Origin: Alphaproteobacteria bacterium
Lineage (GTDB): Bacteria; Pseudomonadota; Alphaproteobacteria; UBA828
NCBI GenBank assembly: GCA_965214705.1
Contig: OZ243972.1
Coordinates: forward strand, 832,001 to 896,000
Reading direction: 5' to 3'
DNA: 64,000 nt
Position numbers and translations under genes: made by a program. The notes beneath the pieces are model-generated. The model saw only the letters and a list, made by a program, of their open reading frames with translations, made no database searches and was not told where the DNA came from. Below, one piece after another: positions 1 through 11,264 of the stretch. Position 1 is the stretch's first letter. Each line of letters opens with the position of its first letter.

Positions 1-1367
1 CCGCGGCCCTGGTTGGGACCGAGCGGGATACTGTAGTGCTCGCTGTTGCGCGCGGCCTCCAGGGTCTCGATGCAACCGACCGGGCCGAACTTGGGCCCGT
101 AGAGCGCACGGGTGCCCTCCTTCGCCGCGTTCATCAGGCGGAACTCGGCCGGGTCGATGTCGAGCTTCTTCGCGATCTCGTCGACCACCCCTTCGGCGGC
201 GAACTCGGAGATCGGTGCCCCCGGCGCGCGGTAGGCGGCCACCTTGGGCCGGTTCACCACCACGTCGTAGCCCTCGACCTCGGCGTTCTCGATGTCGTAG
301 GGCGCGAAGACGCACATGCAGCCGGGCTGGATCGGCGAGCCGGGGAAGGCGCCCGCCTGATAGGCAAGCCACGCCTTGGCGGCGGTGATCTTGCCGTCCT
401 TGGTGGCGCCCATCTTGATCGTCATGGCACCGCCAGAGGTCGGACCGCTCGCGCGGAAGACCTCCTCGCGCGACATCACGATCTTGACCGGCCGGCCGGC
501 AAGCTGCGAGAGCCGGAGCGCGACGGGCTCCAGATAGACCACGGTCTTGCCGCCGAAGCCGCCGCCGATCTCCGACGGGGTCACGCGGATGTTGCCGATG
601 TCGATGCCGAGCAGGTTGGCGCAGTAGGCGCGGACGGTGAACTGCCCCTGGGTGCAGCACCAGACCTCGCACTGGCCGTCCTCGCCGGCGCTGGCGACCA
701 CCGCGTGCGGCTCGATATAGCCCTGATGCACCGGCTTGGTGGTGAAGGTGCGCTCGACGATCACGTCGGCCTCGGCGAATCCCTTATCCAGATCGCCGCT
801 CTGGAAGTGCACCTTCTTGAAGACGTTGGACGGCGTCTCCGGCGTGGGCTCCACGCCCTGGGTGAACATGTCGTCATGCAGGACGGGCGCGTCTGGCTGC
901 ATCGCGTCGCGCACGTCGATCACGTGCGGCAGCACCTCGTAGTCCACCTCGATCAGGTCCAACGCCTGCTTGGCGATGGCCGCCGTGGTCGCCGCCACTG
1001 CGGCAACGGCATGGCCGTCATAGAGCGCCTTCTCCCGCGCCATCACGTTCTGCGACATGTCGCGGTAGTTGACCTGCACCTCGCCCGCTGGCACCCACTG
1101 GGAGGGCACCTCGGGCATCTCGTCGCGGGTGACGACCGCCTTCACGCCGGGGAGCGCGCGGGCCTTCGACGCATCGATGGAGCGGATGCGCGCGTGCGCA
1201 TGGGGGCTGCGCAGCACCCGGCCCACCAGCATGCCCGGCAGCGAGAGGTCCGCGCCGAACTTGGCCCTGCCGGTCACCTTGTCGACGCCGTCCGGGCGCC
1301 ACGGCCGCGTGCCGACGTACTTGAGCGAGCCGTTGCCGTTACCGATCTCCTGCTTGGCGGTTGCCAT
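1..1367 (-). CDS. Xanthine dehydrogenase/CoxL-family molybdopterin-binding large subunit (3' part outside window)
   Basis: Read by hand from ATG at 1367: MATAKQEIG...RPDGVDKVTGRAKFGADL...LRSPHAHARI...VHQGYIEPH...GGGFGGK. Follows the FAD and 2Fe-2S subunit genes. Confidence 0.9.
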   Translation of the reverse strand, partial: MATAKQEIGNGNGSLKYVGTRPWRPDGVDKVTGRAKFGADLSLPGMLVGRVLRSPHAHARIRSIDASKARALPGVKAVVTRDEMPEVPSQWVPAGEVQVNYRDMSQNVMAREKALYDGHAVAAVAATTAAIAKQALDLIEVDYEVLPHVIDVRDAMQPDAPVLHDDMFTQGVEPTPETPSNVFKKVHFQSGDLDKGFAEADVIVERTFTTKPVHQGYIEPHAVVASAGEDGQCEVWCCTQGQFTVRAYCANLLGIDIGNIRVTPSEIGGGFGGKTVVYLEPVALRLSQLAGRPVKIVMSREEVFRASGPTSGGAMTIKMGATKDGKITAAKAWLAYQAGAFPGSPIQPGCMCVFAPYDIENAEVEGYDVVVNRPKVAAYRAPGAPISEFAAEGVVDEIAKKLDIDPAEFRLMNAAKEGTRALYGPKFGPVGCIETLEAARNSEHYSIPLGPNQGR

Positions 1368-1370
1368 GAG

Positions 1371-1847
1371 CTATTCTCCCCTCAGCTCCGCCGCCGTCGT
1401 CATCACGGCGCGGATGATCTTGTCGTAGCCTGTACAGCGACAGAGATTGCCGGCCAGCCAGTAGCGCGCTTCCGTCTCGGTCGGGTCCGGGTTCTCTTCG
1501 AGCAGCGCCTTGGCGGCGACGAGGAAGCCCGGCGTGCAGATGCCGCATTGCAGCGCGGCATCCTCCAGGAATTGGCGCTGCAAGGGATGCAGCGTGTCGC
1601 CGTCGGCCATGCCCTCGATGGTGCCGATCTCGCGCCCCTCGGCCTCGGTGCCGAGCATGAGGCAGGAGCACACCAGAGTGCCGTCCACGGTCACGCTGCA
1701 GGCGCCGCAGTCGCCGGTGGCGCAGCCTTCCTTGGTGCCGGTGAGCTCCAGCTCGTCGCGCAGCACGTCGAGCAGGGTCTGCTCGCCTGAGCAGAGGAAC
1801 TCGGTCGGCTCGCCGTTGACGCTGGTGGTTACATGATACTTGGCCAT
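1371..1847 (-). CDS. (2Fe-2S)-binding small subunit, CoxS/XdhC type
   Basis: GTKEGCATGDCGACSV, CSC, QCGICTPG and GNLCRCTGY motifs. Start overlaps the upstream stop codon. Confidence 0.93.
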   Translation of the reverse strand: MAKYHVTTSVNGEPTEFLCSGEQTLLDVLRDELELTGTKEGCATGDCGACSVTVDGTLVCSCLMLGTEAEGREIGTIEGMADGDTLHPLQRQFLEDAALQCGICTPGFLVAAKALLEENPDPTETEARYWLAGNLCRCTGYDKIIRAVMTTAAELRGE

Positions 1848-2719
1848 CAGCCGTTGCTCCTCGCGCGCTCCAGGGCGATGAGCGCGGCGCGTCTCGCCAG
1901 CACCCCCGCCACCTTGACCCGGTATTCGATGGTCCCGCGCTTGTCGTCGATGGGATTGCAGGCGGCGCTCGCGGCGGCCGCAAGGTTGGCCAGCGCGTCG
2001 TCGTCCACCTTCGTGCCGATCAGCGCCTTGGCGCCGTCCTCGACCAGCAGCGGCGTGGGCGCAACCGCGCCGAGGCCGAGCCTTGCGTGGGTGCAGACGC
2101 CCGCCTCGTCGAGCGTGAGCGCGACGCCGGCGCCGACCACGGCGATGTCCATCTCGGTGCGCGGAATGAAGCGCAGGTAGGCATCGCCCGAACGCGGCGG
2201 CGGCTTGGGCATGACGAAGGAGACCACGATCTCGCCCGGACCGAGGCAGAGTTGGCCGGGCCCCGTGATCACGTCCTCCACCGGGACTGAGCGGGCGCCG
2301 TTCGGGCCCGCGACCTCGCACACGGCGCCTGCGGCGATCAGTGCCGGCACGCTATCGGCGGCGGGCGAGCCGTTGCAGAGGTTGCCGCCGAGCGAGGCGC
2401 GCCCCTGAATCTGGGTCGAGCCGATCAGCTCCAACGCCTCCACCACGCCCGGCCACGCGGCCTTCACGGTCTCGTTCTTGCCGAGCGTCGCGCCGGAGAC
2501 CGCCGCGCCGACGCGAATATCATCGCCGTTCACCGTCACGTCCATGAGCGCCGGGATACGCTTCAAATCGACGATGAGGCCGGGCCGGACAAAATCGGTG
2601 CGCAGCTGAACCAGGAGGTCGGTGCCGCCGGCGAGCGGCATGGCCTCGCTGTCGGCATCGGCGAGGAGCCGGACGGCGTCCTCGACCGTCTCGGGCGCCT
2701 CGAATTGTAGACTGCTCAT
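1847..2719 (-). CDS. FAD-binding medium subunit, CoxM type
   Basis: LAGGTDLL, QIQGRASLGGNLCNGSPAAD and PIDDKRGTIEYR motifs. Confidence 0.92.
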   Translation of the reverse strand: MSSLQFEAPETVEDAVRLLADADSEAMPLAGGTDLLVQLRTDFVRPGLIVDLKRIPALMDVTVNGDDIRVGAAVSGATLGKNETVKAAWPGVVEALELIGSTQIQGRASLGGNLCNGSPAADSVPALIAAGAVCEVAGPNGARSVPVEDVITGPGQLCLGPGEIVVSFVMPKPPPRSGDAYLRFIPRTEMDIAVVGAGVALTLDEAGVCTHARLGLGAVAPTPLLVEDGAKALIGTKVDDDALANLAAAASAACNPIDDKRGTIEYRVKVAGVLARRAALIALERARSNG

Positions 2720-2925
2720 GTGCGGGGGGTTCCTCCTGTTGCCGCGGCACCTAGTGGGCGCCTACTTTTACCCGAAAAGGCGCAGCGGTTCACAGGGGCA
2801 AAATGGTGGCCACGACCGGCCCTCGTCCGTGCCTGCGCCTTGCGGCCGGCGGCCCCCGCCGTCTACCCTTGCGCGAAGGACACATGACCAAGGACGGGCA
2901 CCTGGGAGAGTGGGAGCCCAGCCGC

Positions 2926-5070
2926 ATGACTGACTCCATCGAAAAGACCGTCGCCGACTGGGAAGCCTTGGCTGCGGCTGAGCTCAAGGGCAGAGACCCG
3001 GAAGAGCTCGCCTGGGAGACGCCCGAGGGCATCACGGTCAAGCCGCTCTACACCGCGGCCGACCTGGAGGCGCTGGAGGACCAGCCGGGTTTGCCGGGCT
3101 TCGCCCCCTACACGCGGGGCGTGCGCGCCACCATGTTCGCCAACCGGCCGTGGACCATTCGTCAATATGCGGGCTTCGCCACCGCCGAGGAGTCCAACGC
3201 CTTCTACAAGCGCAACCTCGCGGCCGGGCAGAAGGGGCTCTCCGTCGCCTTCGATCTCGCAACCCACCGGGGCTACGACAGCGACCATCCCAGGGTGCGC
3301 GGCGACGTGGGCAAGGCGGGCGTCGCCATCGACACCGTGGAGGACATGAAGCGCCTCTTCGACGGCATTCCCCTGGGCGATGTCAGCGTCTCCATGACCA
3401 TGAACGGGGCGGTGTTGCCGGTGCTGGCGGCCTACATCGTCGCGGCGGAGGAGCAGGGGGTCGGCGCGGGTAAGCTCGCCGGGACCATCCAGAACGATAT
3501 CCTCAAGGAGTTCATGGTCCGCAACACCTACATCTATCCGCCCGAGCCCAGCATGCGCATCGTGGCCGACATCATCGCGTACACGGCCGGGCACATGCCG
3601 CGCTTCAACTCGATCTCGATCTCCGGCTACCACATGCAGGAGGCCGGCGCGACGCTGGTGCAGGAGCTCGGTTTCACGCTGGCCGACGGCCTCGACTACG
3701 TGCGCGCCGCGCTCTCGCGCGGCCTCGCCATCGACGACTTCGCGCCTCGGCTGTCGTTCTTCTTCTGCATCGGCATGAACTTCTTCATGGAGGTCGCCAA
3801 GCTGCGGGCCGCGAGGCTGCTTTGGGCGCGCTACATGCAAGGCTTCGGGGCTGAGAACCCGCGCTCGCTCATGCTGAGGACCCATTGCCAGACCTCGGGC
3901 GTCTCGCTCGCCGAGCAGGATCCGTACAACAACGTGGTTCGCACGGCCTACGAGGCGCTGGCGGCGGTGCTCGGCGGCACCCAGTCGCTCCACACCAACG
4001 CACTCGACGAGGCGGTGGCGCTGCCGACCGATTTCTCGGCCCGGATCGCGCGCAACACCCAGCTTATCCTGCAGCACGAGACCGGCGTGCCCCGCGTCGT
4101 GGACCCGTTGGGAGGCTCCTACTACGTGGAGGCGCTTACCGTCTCGCTCGCGCGCGAGGCGCAGGCACTGATTGACGAGGTCGAGGAGCTGGGCGGCATG
4201 ACCAAGGCGGTGGCCGCCGGCATGCCCAAGCTCCGCATCGAGGAGGCCGCCGCCCGCCGGCAGGCGCGGCTCGACCGGGCCGAGGACGTGGTCGTCGGCG
4301 TCAACCGCTACCAATCGGAGGCGGACGACATGCCGGCGCTGCTCGATGTGGACAACGTCGCGGTGCGGGAGGCCCAGATCGCGCGGATTAATGACGTCCG
4401 CGCCGCACGGGACGAGGCGGCTTGCCAGGCGACGCTTGACAAGCTCACCGAGGGCGCGCGCGGCGACGGCAACCTGCTGGCGCTCTCCGTGGACGCGATC
4501 CGGGCGCGCGCCACGGTCGGCGAGGTCTCGGATGCGATGGAGGCGGCGTTCACGCGCCACCGCGCGACCGTGCGCACGGTCTCCGGCGTCTACGGCGCGG
4601 CCTATGCGCAGGACGACGCTTTCCAGACCATCCGGCGTGAGACCGCGCTCTTCGCCGAGGCCGAGGGGCGCCGGCCGCGCATCCTGGTGGTGAAACTCGG
4701 ACAGGACGGGCACGACCGCGGCGCCAAGGTGATCGCGACGGCCTTCGCCGACATCGGCTTCGATGTGGATATCGGCCCGCTGTTCCAGACGCCCGAAGAG
4801 GCCGCCCGCGATGCGCTGGAGAACGACGTGCATGTCGTAGGCGTCTCCAGCCAGGCCGCCGGCCACAAGACCCTGGTGCCGGAGCTGATCGAGGCGCTGC
4901 GGGAAGCCGGCGCGGGCCACGTGGTGGTGGTCTGCGGCGGGGTGATTCCGCCGCAGGACCATGACTTCCTGCACGAGGCCGGGGCTGCGGCCGTCTACGG
5001 CCCCGGCACCAACATCCCGGCCGCCGCGCAGGACATCATGGCGCTGATCCGCCGGCCCGAGGCCGCCTGA
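2926..5070 (+). CDS. scpA: Methylmalonyl-CoA mutase (B12-dependent)
   Basis: [28 protein letters not shown] and the C-terminal B12-binding [10 protein letters not shown] motif. GGGAG RBS before ATG 2926. Confidence 0.95.
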   Translation: MTDSIEKTVADWEALAAAELKGRDPEELAWETPEGITVKPLYTAADLEALEDQPGLPGFAPYTRGVRATMFANRPWTIRQYAGFATAEESNAFYKRNLAAGQKGLSVAFDLATHRGYDSDHPRVRGDVGKAGVAIDTVEDMKRLFDGIPLGDVSVSMTMNGAVLPVLAAYIVAAEEQGVGAGKLAGTIQNDILKEFMVRNTYIYPPEPSMRIVADIIAYTAGHMPRFNSISISGYHMQEAGATLVQELGFTLADGLDYVRAALSRGLAIDDFAPRLSFFFCIGMNFFMEVAKLRAARLLWARYMQGFGAENPRSLMLRTHCQTSGVSLAEQDPYNNVVRTAYEALAAVLGGTQSLHTNALDEAVALPTDFSARIARNTQLILQHETGVPRVVDPLGGSYYVEALTVSLAREAQALIDEVEELGGMTKAVAAGMPKLRIEEAAARRQARLDRAEDVVVGVNRYQSEADDMPALLDVDNVAVREAQIARINDVRAARDEAACQATLDKLTEGARGDGNLLALSVDAIRARATVGEVSDAMEAAFTRHRATVRTVSGVYGAAYAQDDAFQTIRRETALFAEAEGRRPRILVVKLGQDGHDRGAKVIATAFADIGFDVDIGPLFQTPEEAARDALENDVHVVGVSSQAAGHKTLVPELIEALREAGAGHVVVVCGGVIPPQDHDFLHEAGAAAVYGPGTNIPAAAQDIMALIRRPEAA

Positions 5071-5177
5071 CGCGCGCCGGCATTTGATCCTCTCCCGCTT
5101 CGTGCTTATGTGACACGCGCACCTAACGCGCTCTGAGCCCCGCAAGCGGCGGGGCCAACGATCAGACTCACGACCCC

Positions 5178-7070
5178 ATGGTTGCTCTCGATCGCGAGGC
5201 CCGCGTGCGGGAAGCGGGAGAACACTCGCACCTGCACACCATTCGCACGCTGCTGCCCTATCTCTGGCCGCGTGGCTCGCTGGAGATGCGGGGCCGCGTG
5301 GTGCTGGCCGTGATCCTCCTCGTCGGCGCGAAGGTCGCGAACGTGTACGTGCCGATCCTCTACAAGGATGCGGTCGATATCCTCTCGGGCGAAACGGCGG
5401 CGGTCATCGTCGTGCCGGTGGCGATCCTGCTGGCCTACGGCGCGCTCCGGGTGCTCACCGTCGCCTTCGGCGAGCTCAGGGATGCGGTCTTCGCCAAGGT
5501 CGGCGAGCGGGCGATCCGCACCGTGGCACTTCAGGTCTTCAACCATCTCCACGAGCTTTCGCTCCGCTTCCATATCGAGCGCCGCACCGGCGGCCTGAGC
5601 CGCGCCATCGAGCGCGGCGTCAAGGGGATCGAGTTCCTGCTCACCTTCATGCTGTTCAACATCCTGCCGACCCTGGTGGAGGTCACCATGGTCTGCGGCA
5701 TCCTCTGGGTCCTCTACGGCGTCACGTACGCTGCGATAACCTTCGTCACCATCGGTTCCTTTATCGCCTTCACCCTCACGGTCACCGAGTGGCGGCTGAA
5801 GTACCGCCGGCGCATGAACGAGAAGGACAGCGAGGCCAACACCAAGGCGATCGACAGCCTGCTCAACTACGAGACGGTCAAGTATTTCGGCAACGAGATG
5901 CACGAGGCGCAGCGCTTCGACATCTCCCGCCGGCAGTACGAACGGGCGGCGGTGCAGAGCAAGACCAGCCTCTCGCTGCTCAACATCGGCCAGGGGATCA
6001 TCGTCGCGACCGGGCTCACCGGCATCACCATCATGGCCGGCTACGAGGTCGCCGCCGGCACCATGACCATCGGCGACTTCGTGCTGGTCAACACATACCT
6101 GCTCCAGCTCTACATCCCCTTGAATTTCCTGGGCTTCGTCTATCGTGAGATCAAGCAGTCGCTCACTGACATGGAGTCGATGTTCGGCATCCTCTCTGTG
6201 GAGCGCGAGATCGAGGACGCGCCGGACGCGCCGCCGCTCCAAGTCACGGCGGGCACCATCGAGTTCGAGGACGTGCGCTTCCGCTACGAGGAGCGGCGCG
6301 GCATCCTCGACGGCATCACCTTCCGCGTACCGCCCGGCACCACCACGGCCATCGTCGGCGCGAGCGGGGCCGGCAAGTCGACCATCTCGCGCATCCTCTT
6401 CCGCTTCTACGACATCGAGGGCGGCAGCGTCAGGATCGACGGGCAGGACGTGCGCGAGGTGAGCCAGGAGAGCCTTCGCGCCGCCATCGGCATCGTTCCG
6501 CAGGACACGGTGCTCTTCAACGACACGATCTACTACAACATCGCCTACGGCAGGCCCGAGGCAAGCCCGGAAGAGGTGGAGGAGGCGGCGCGGCTCGCTC
6601 ACATCCACGACTTCATCGCCGCGTTGCCCGACGGCTACGAGAGCATGGTCGGTGAGCGCGGCCTCAAGCTCTCGGGTGGTGAGAAGCAGCGGGTGGCGAT
6701 TGCGCGCACGATCCTCAAGAATCCCCGTATTCTGCTGTTCGACGAGGCCACCTCGGCGCTCGATTCGCAGACCGAGAAGGAGATTCAGGCGAGTCTGCGG
6801 GAGGTCAGCCGCGACCGCTCGACGCTCATGATCGCGCACCGCCTTTCCACGGTCATCGACGCCGACCAGATCCTTGTGCTGGACGGCGGGCGCATCGTCG
6901 AGCGCGGGCGCCACGCCGAGTTGCTGGTGCGGGACGGCCACTACGCCGAGATGTGGTGGCGCCAGCAGGAGACTGCGGAGCTCAGGGAGGAGCTTGAGCA
7001 ACGGCTCGCTGACGAGGAAGGCCGCGCCGCGGAGACGACGGCAGTGCCCGAGGAGACCCCGGCGCCATGA
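5178..7070 (+). CDS. Atm1/ABCB7-type ABC transporter, fused permease and ATPase
   Basis: LSLRFHIERRTGG, DSLLNYETVKYF, Walker A GASGAGKST, signature LSGGEKQRVAIAR. Confidence 0.92.
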   Translation: MVALDREARVREAGEHSHLHTIRTLLPYLWPRGSLEMRGRVVLAVILLVGAKVANVYVPILYKDAVDILSGETAAVIVVPVAILLAYGALRVLTVAFGELRDAVFAKVGERAIRTVALQVFNHLHELSLRFHIERRTGGLSRAIERGVKGIEFLLTFMLFNILPTLVEVTMVCGILWVLYGVTYAAITFVTIGSFIAFTLTVTEWRLKYRRRMNEKDSEANTKAIDSLLNYETVKYFGNEMHEAQRFDISRRQYERAAVQSKTSLSLLNIGQGIIVATGLTGITIMAGYEVAAGTMTIGDFVLVNTYLLQLYIPLNFLGFVYREIKQSLTDMESMFGILSVEREIEDAPDAPPLQVTAGTIEFEDVRFRYEERRGILDGITFRVPPGTTTAIVGASGAGKSTISRILFRFYDIEGGSVRIDGQDVREVSQESLRAAIGIVPQDTVLFNDTIYYNIAYGRPEASPEEVEEAARLAHIHDFIAALPDGYESMVGERGLKLSGGEKQRVAIARTILKNPRILLFDEATSALDSQTEKEIQASLREVSRDRSTLMIAHRLSTVIDADQILVLDGGRIVERGRHAELLVRDGHYAEMWWRQQETAELREELEQRLADEEGRAAETTAVPEETPAP

Positions 7071-8065
7071 CCGCGCGCCCGCACGGCCCCGGCCAGGTTC
7101 CGCCGGTGGCGGACATCCTCGCCGGCGACCGGCGAGCGCTGGCGACAGCGATCACGCTCATCGAATCCACGCGGGAGGAAGACCGCGCGGCGGCCGAGGA
7201 CCTGCTCCAGGCGCTGCTGCCGCACGCCGGCACGGCCGTCCGCCTCGGCATCTCGGGCGCGCCAGGGGTCGGCAAGTCGACCTTCATCGAGGCCTTCGGC
7301 ACGCGCGCCATCGCGGCCGGCCGCAGGATCGCGGTGCTCGCGATCGACCCTTCCAGCGAGCGATCGGGCGGCTCGATCCTGGGGGACAAGACCCGGATGC
7401 CGGAGCTCGCGCGGAACGACCAATGCTTCGTCCGTGCCTCGCCGACGGGCGGCACCCTCGGCGGCGTCGCCCGGCGCACGCGCGATGTCATGCTGGCCTG
7501 CGAGGCGGCGGGCTTCGACCTCGTGATGGTGGAGACCGTGGGCGTCGGCCAGTCCGAAGCCGCCGTCGCCGACATGACGGACCTCTACATGCTGCTGGTG
7601 CAGCCCGGTGCCGGCGACGAGCTGCAGGGCATCAAGCGCGGCGTAATGGAGCGCGCCGACATCGTCGTCGTCACCAAGGCCGACGGCGCCCTCGAAGGGC
7701 CCGCCGCCCACGCCAAGGCGGACTTCGAGGCGGCGCTCATGCTCCACGCGGGCGGAGGGCCGTGGACGCCCCGCGTCATCGCCTGCTCGTCGGTCGAGGG
7801 TACGGGCCTCGACGAGATCGCCGACGCGGTCGAGCGGCATCGGACGGTGATGGCGAAGGACGGCGCGCTGGAGGCCAAGCGGGCCGCGCAGGCGGGTGCG
7901 TGGCTCTGGCGCGAGGTCGAGGACTCTCTCGTGGCAGCGCTCCACGCCGACGAGCGACTGGCGCCCGCCGTCGCGGCGCTGGAGGCGGACGTGGCGGCGC
8001 AGACGCTCACCCCCGGCGCTGCCGCCCGCCGCATCGTCCAGCGCCTCCTGGAGCGCGACGCGTAG
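7067..8065 (+). CDS. meaB: Methylmalonyl-CoA mutase-associated GTPase
   Basis: GISGAPGVGKST, DPSSERSGGSILGDKTRM, ETVGVGQSE, GDELQGIKRG; lies close to the mutase gene. Confidence 0.95.
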   Translation: MTARPHGPGQVPPVADILAGDRRALATAITLIESTREEDRAAAEDLLQALLPHAGTAVRLGISGAPGVGKSTFIEAFGTRAIAAGRRIAVLAIDPSSERSGGSILGDKTRMPELARNDQCFVRASPTGGTLGGVARRTRDVMLACEAAGFDLVMVETVGVGQSEAAVADMTDLYMLLVQPGAGDELQGIKRGVMERADIVVVTKADGALEGPAAHAKADFEAALMLHAGGGPWTPRVIACSSVEGTGLDEIADAVERHRTVMAKDGALEAKRAAQAGAWLWREVEDSLVAALHADERLAPAVAALEADVAAQTLTPGAAARRIVQRLLERDA

Positions 8066-8140
8066 AGCGGCACCGATACCGATCGTCGCACCGAGCCGAC
8101 CGTCCCGCTAGGTTGTACCGGAGAGAATGGGAGACGAACG

Positions 8141-8254
8141 ATGGCGGGGTTCGAGGAATACACGTAGTACGACGGCTTGGGGTTGGCGGCGCTGGTGCGG
8201 CAGGGCGAAGTCTCACCTGACGAGCTGGTCGCCGCCGCCTTTGCTGCGCTGTCC
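8141..8254 (+). pseudogene. Amidase N-terminal fragment with in-frame stop
   Basis: MAGFEEYT*YDGLGLAALVRQGEVSPDELVAAA resembles the N-terminus of amidase-signature proteins. TAG at codon 9; similarity ends near 8250. Confidence 0.7.
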
Positions 8255-8316
8255 ATATCCCGGCCTTTCATCGGTGTCGGGCCGCTCAAGATAGCGGCTC
8301 TCTTGCGAAATTGAAC

Positions 8317-8334
8317 GAAACGTTATATCATTTC
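8317..8334. promoter_or_regulatory. Zur-type operator
   Basis: Imperfect palindrome GAAACGTTATATCATTTC directly upstream of zur and the Zn ABC operon. Confidence 0.75.
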
Positions 8335-8338
8335 TCTA

Positions 8339-11033
8339 ATGCCTCACAAGTCGAGACAGACGATGACGAAACCGCCGACCCGCCCCCGGTCCTACACTGA
8401 TCTGGATTGCCGCGGGCGGCACTCGGCACGCGAACGGGTCGCGCTCGCGGTATCCATTTGCGAGGGGCGCGGCGTAAACCCAAGTTGGCACTTTTCCGCT
8501 GCCTGTGTTCCCTATTGGTTTGATTCAACGCGATATTTTTCTCGGTCGATTCCAACATGGCCCCACATTTTGTGAGATTCTGTCAGCTCATCAGACGGGT
8601 CCTCGTGCGGTGGATGGCGGGGTCCACGCCCGCCGCCGAGGAGATTGCGGCAACCTCGGCGGCCGGGCGCGTGTCCTGGCGGTTGACGATCAAGGTGCCG
8701 TCGGTCTGGCGCAGGCGCGTGGTGATCCGCACCCAGGTCCGCATGCTCTCGCGGATCGACGCCCAGCACTTGTGGATGCCGCGCGCGGCCAGCCGGGTAC
8801 GGATCAGATGCACGGCGTGGTAGGCCAGCACGGCGATCAGCAGGTGGGCCGCGATGCGCCGGTCGAGCTGGTGCCAGATCGGGCGAAGGCCGAGCTCGGA
8901 TTTCAGGCTCCGGAATGTCGCCTCGATATCCGTGATCCGCCAGTACGTCCGCAGGACCGTCTCGATGTCCCAGTCGACGTGGCTGGTGCGCAGCACATAG
9001 GCACCGGCGCCCTCATCGGCCTCGTCGTATCGCGGCCTGCGCTTGAAGCGCACGGCGGTGGCATTGGGGCCGGTTTTCGCCCTCTCGACCGTGATCTCGT
9101 AGTGCCTGGCGACGGCGGAGAAGCGCTGCTTGAGGCGGCCTATGCTCTCCAGCACCTTGTCGTAGCGCTTGAGGCGGCCCTTGACCGGGAGGCCGCCGTG
9201 GAGCCTTTCCAGCGCCGCCTCGAAGCGGTTCCGCCTCAGGCCGATGATCGCGTTCTCGGCCTTCTTCTTGCCCTCGCTGACGACGTAGAGCCGCGCCTCG
9301 CCGTCCTCGCTGGCAAGCCGCCAGGCCCGCACCTCGTGGCGCGCGCTGGTGATCAGCAGGGCCTCGGGTCCGCCCTCGGGCGGCGCAGGCCTGGCACCGC
9401 GGCTGACCGCGATCCAGTCGTAGCCCTGCTCGCCCAGCCAGACGATGTTCTCCTCGGTGGCGATGCCCGCGTCCATGACCACCGTGGGCTTCGGCGCCGT
9501 GCCGCCGCACACCGCCTCGAGCCGCGCCAGCGCCTCGTGCAGCGTGCCCGGCTCGCTCACGTTGCCCGGCAGGATCTCGCAACTGCGCGGGAAGCCCGCG
9601 CCGTCGAGCGCCAGCGCCAGCGTGATGAGGGGACAGTCGTCGCGCTTCTGCTTGGAGCGCCCGAACCTGGGAAGCTCGCCGCCCGTGTGGCCGTGGTAGT
9701 GGACGTTGGTGAGATCGTAGAAGGCGATCGTCTCGGGCAGGTCGAGCAGTGCGCGCTCACGGTTGAACAGCTCCCGCTGGATGGCGGCGCGGTGGCGCCA
9801 GAGCAGGTCGCCGATGCGGTAGAGCGTCTTGCGCCGCAGCGCCTTGCGGTCGCCCTCCAGGCCCAGGAGCTCGGCGGCCGCGCTGTCGTGGCGGAGCCAG
9901 CGGCTGGTATCACGCTCGCTGGCGGGATGGACCATCCTGGCGACGATCAGCGCGCTGGCGATGCGCCCGTCGCGGCCCTTGATGTCGAGGCCGTGGAGGA
10001 TTTCGGCGAAGCCGAGGGCGTCGAGGGCCTTGAGGCACAGGCGCTCGCAGCCGACCGTGCGCGGGTTCTCGTGCTCCAGGGTATCGAGGTCGACGGTGGC
10101 GATGTCGGGCTTGCGCGCCTCTTCCTGCATCGCCTCGACGCGGAACCCCCTGGCCCTGAGCTTGGCGACGATGTCCTCGGCTGCGGCCCGCACATCCGCC
10201 TCGCCCTCGAACAGCGGCGGCTTGCCGTGAAGCAGCGCCTCGGCGAGTTCGGTGACGGCCTTCCACTTCTCGCGCGGCACCGGATAGTCGGTGCCGAGAT
10301 TGAGCAGCGTCCTGTGGCGCACCTTGTCGCCGACGCGCTGGGCGAGCACGAGGCGATGGCTTCGGACCGGCTGGCCGGCCTTGTCGGTGTGTGTCCTGGT
10401 TGCCTTGATGTACATGGCGGCGCCGTTTCTGCGATGCCTGTTTCGCATACACGGCGTTCGCGGCATCTGGCAAGAGGGATATCGACTCAACTCAAAAGTC
10501 CTGGCCCCACAATTGGCTTCCAGGACCACGAATGGCAAATGTGGGTCTCAGGTGTCCTCCAACCCCAACATCTAGTGGTTCAGCGCCGCAAAACTGGCTC
10601 GAACAGGCTCGGCTGGTCGGAAAAAGTGCCAACTTGGGTAAAGATGACAGAGCTGCGGAGGCGTGTCCTGGAGCTGCTTTGGGCGAGCGGTCGGCCGACG
10701 GGCGCCTACGAACTGATCGAAGCGGTCAAGCTCAGAGACTCGCGTCCGGTCGGGCCGCCGACCGTGTACCGGGCGCTCGAGTTCCTGATGGCGCAGGGCC
10801 TCGTTTCCAGGATCGAAAGCCTGAACGCCTACGTCCCGTGCGCCCATCCCGAGCGCGACCACGATTGCCTTTTCTTCATCTGCAGCGGCTGCCGGGCATC
10901 GGTCGAGCTCGAGGATCCGCGGATCGGAGGACTACTTGCCGAGGATGCCGCCGTCCTCGGGTTCGCCGCGACACGTCGAATGGTCGAGGTCCAGGGCACG
11001 TGTGCACAGTGCGCAGAAGCCGGCGCGGCGTAG
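8339..11033 (+). pseudogene. zur: Fur-family zinc uptake regulator, split by IS1634
   Basis: Joining 8339-8478 to 10643-11033 gives a continuous 176-aa ORF: ...CEGRGV/KMTELRRRVLELL...PPTVYRALEFL...HPERDHDCLFFICSGC...GTCAQC. The start may instead be 8363. Confidence 0.88.
8479..10638 (-). mobile_element. IS1634-family element, type A copy 1 (transposase 8583-10415)
   Basis: Terminal IRs CCCAAGTTGGCACTTTT, 4-bp TSD TAAA, transposase motifs FYDLTN, GRSKQKRDD, MDAG, IEATFRSLKSELGLRP. Length 2160 bp. Confidence 0.93.
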
Positions 11034-11129
11034 GCGGAAACGAGGAGCTCCACCCAGGGAGAGCCGGTATCCGGATGGAGCGTCGCGGCGGCTGGACGCA
11101 GGCGCCGCCGCTCGGCGGGGAGCGCTGAC

Positions 11130-11264
11130 ATGAGAACGCGGTACACCCCTTCAATCCGACTGCTGCCGCTCGGCGCCGGCCCGCGGCTGCTCGGGGCGGC
11201 CCTGATCGTTGCCGCGCTCTGGGGCGCGTTCTTCTGGGCGACGTCCACGCCGGGGGGGCCGTGA
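11130..11264 (+). CDS. Small 44-aa membrane peptide coupled to the Zn ABC ATPase gene
   Basis: MRTRYTPSIRLLPLGAGPRLLGAALIVAALWGAFFWATSTPGGP; one hydrophobic helix; stop overlaps the next start (GTGA). Confidence 0.6.
   Translation: MRTRYTPSIRLLPLGAGPRLLGAALIVAALWGAFFWATSTPGGP

Noticed and set aside
1-2719. Calling this operon aerobic CO dehydrogenase
   Set aside because: The diagnostic active-site loop lies outside the window; only the family can be assigned.
2720-2925. Cobalamin riboswitch upstream of the mutase
   Set aside because: No recognisable B12-box by eye; a covariance search would be needed.
8505-11033. 842-aa ORF ending in a Fur domain
   Set aside because: An antisense frame through the IS runs by chance into the zur 3' half; not a real fusion.
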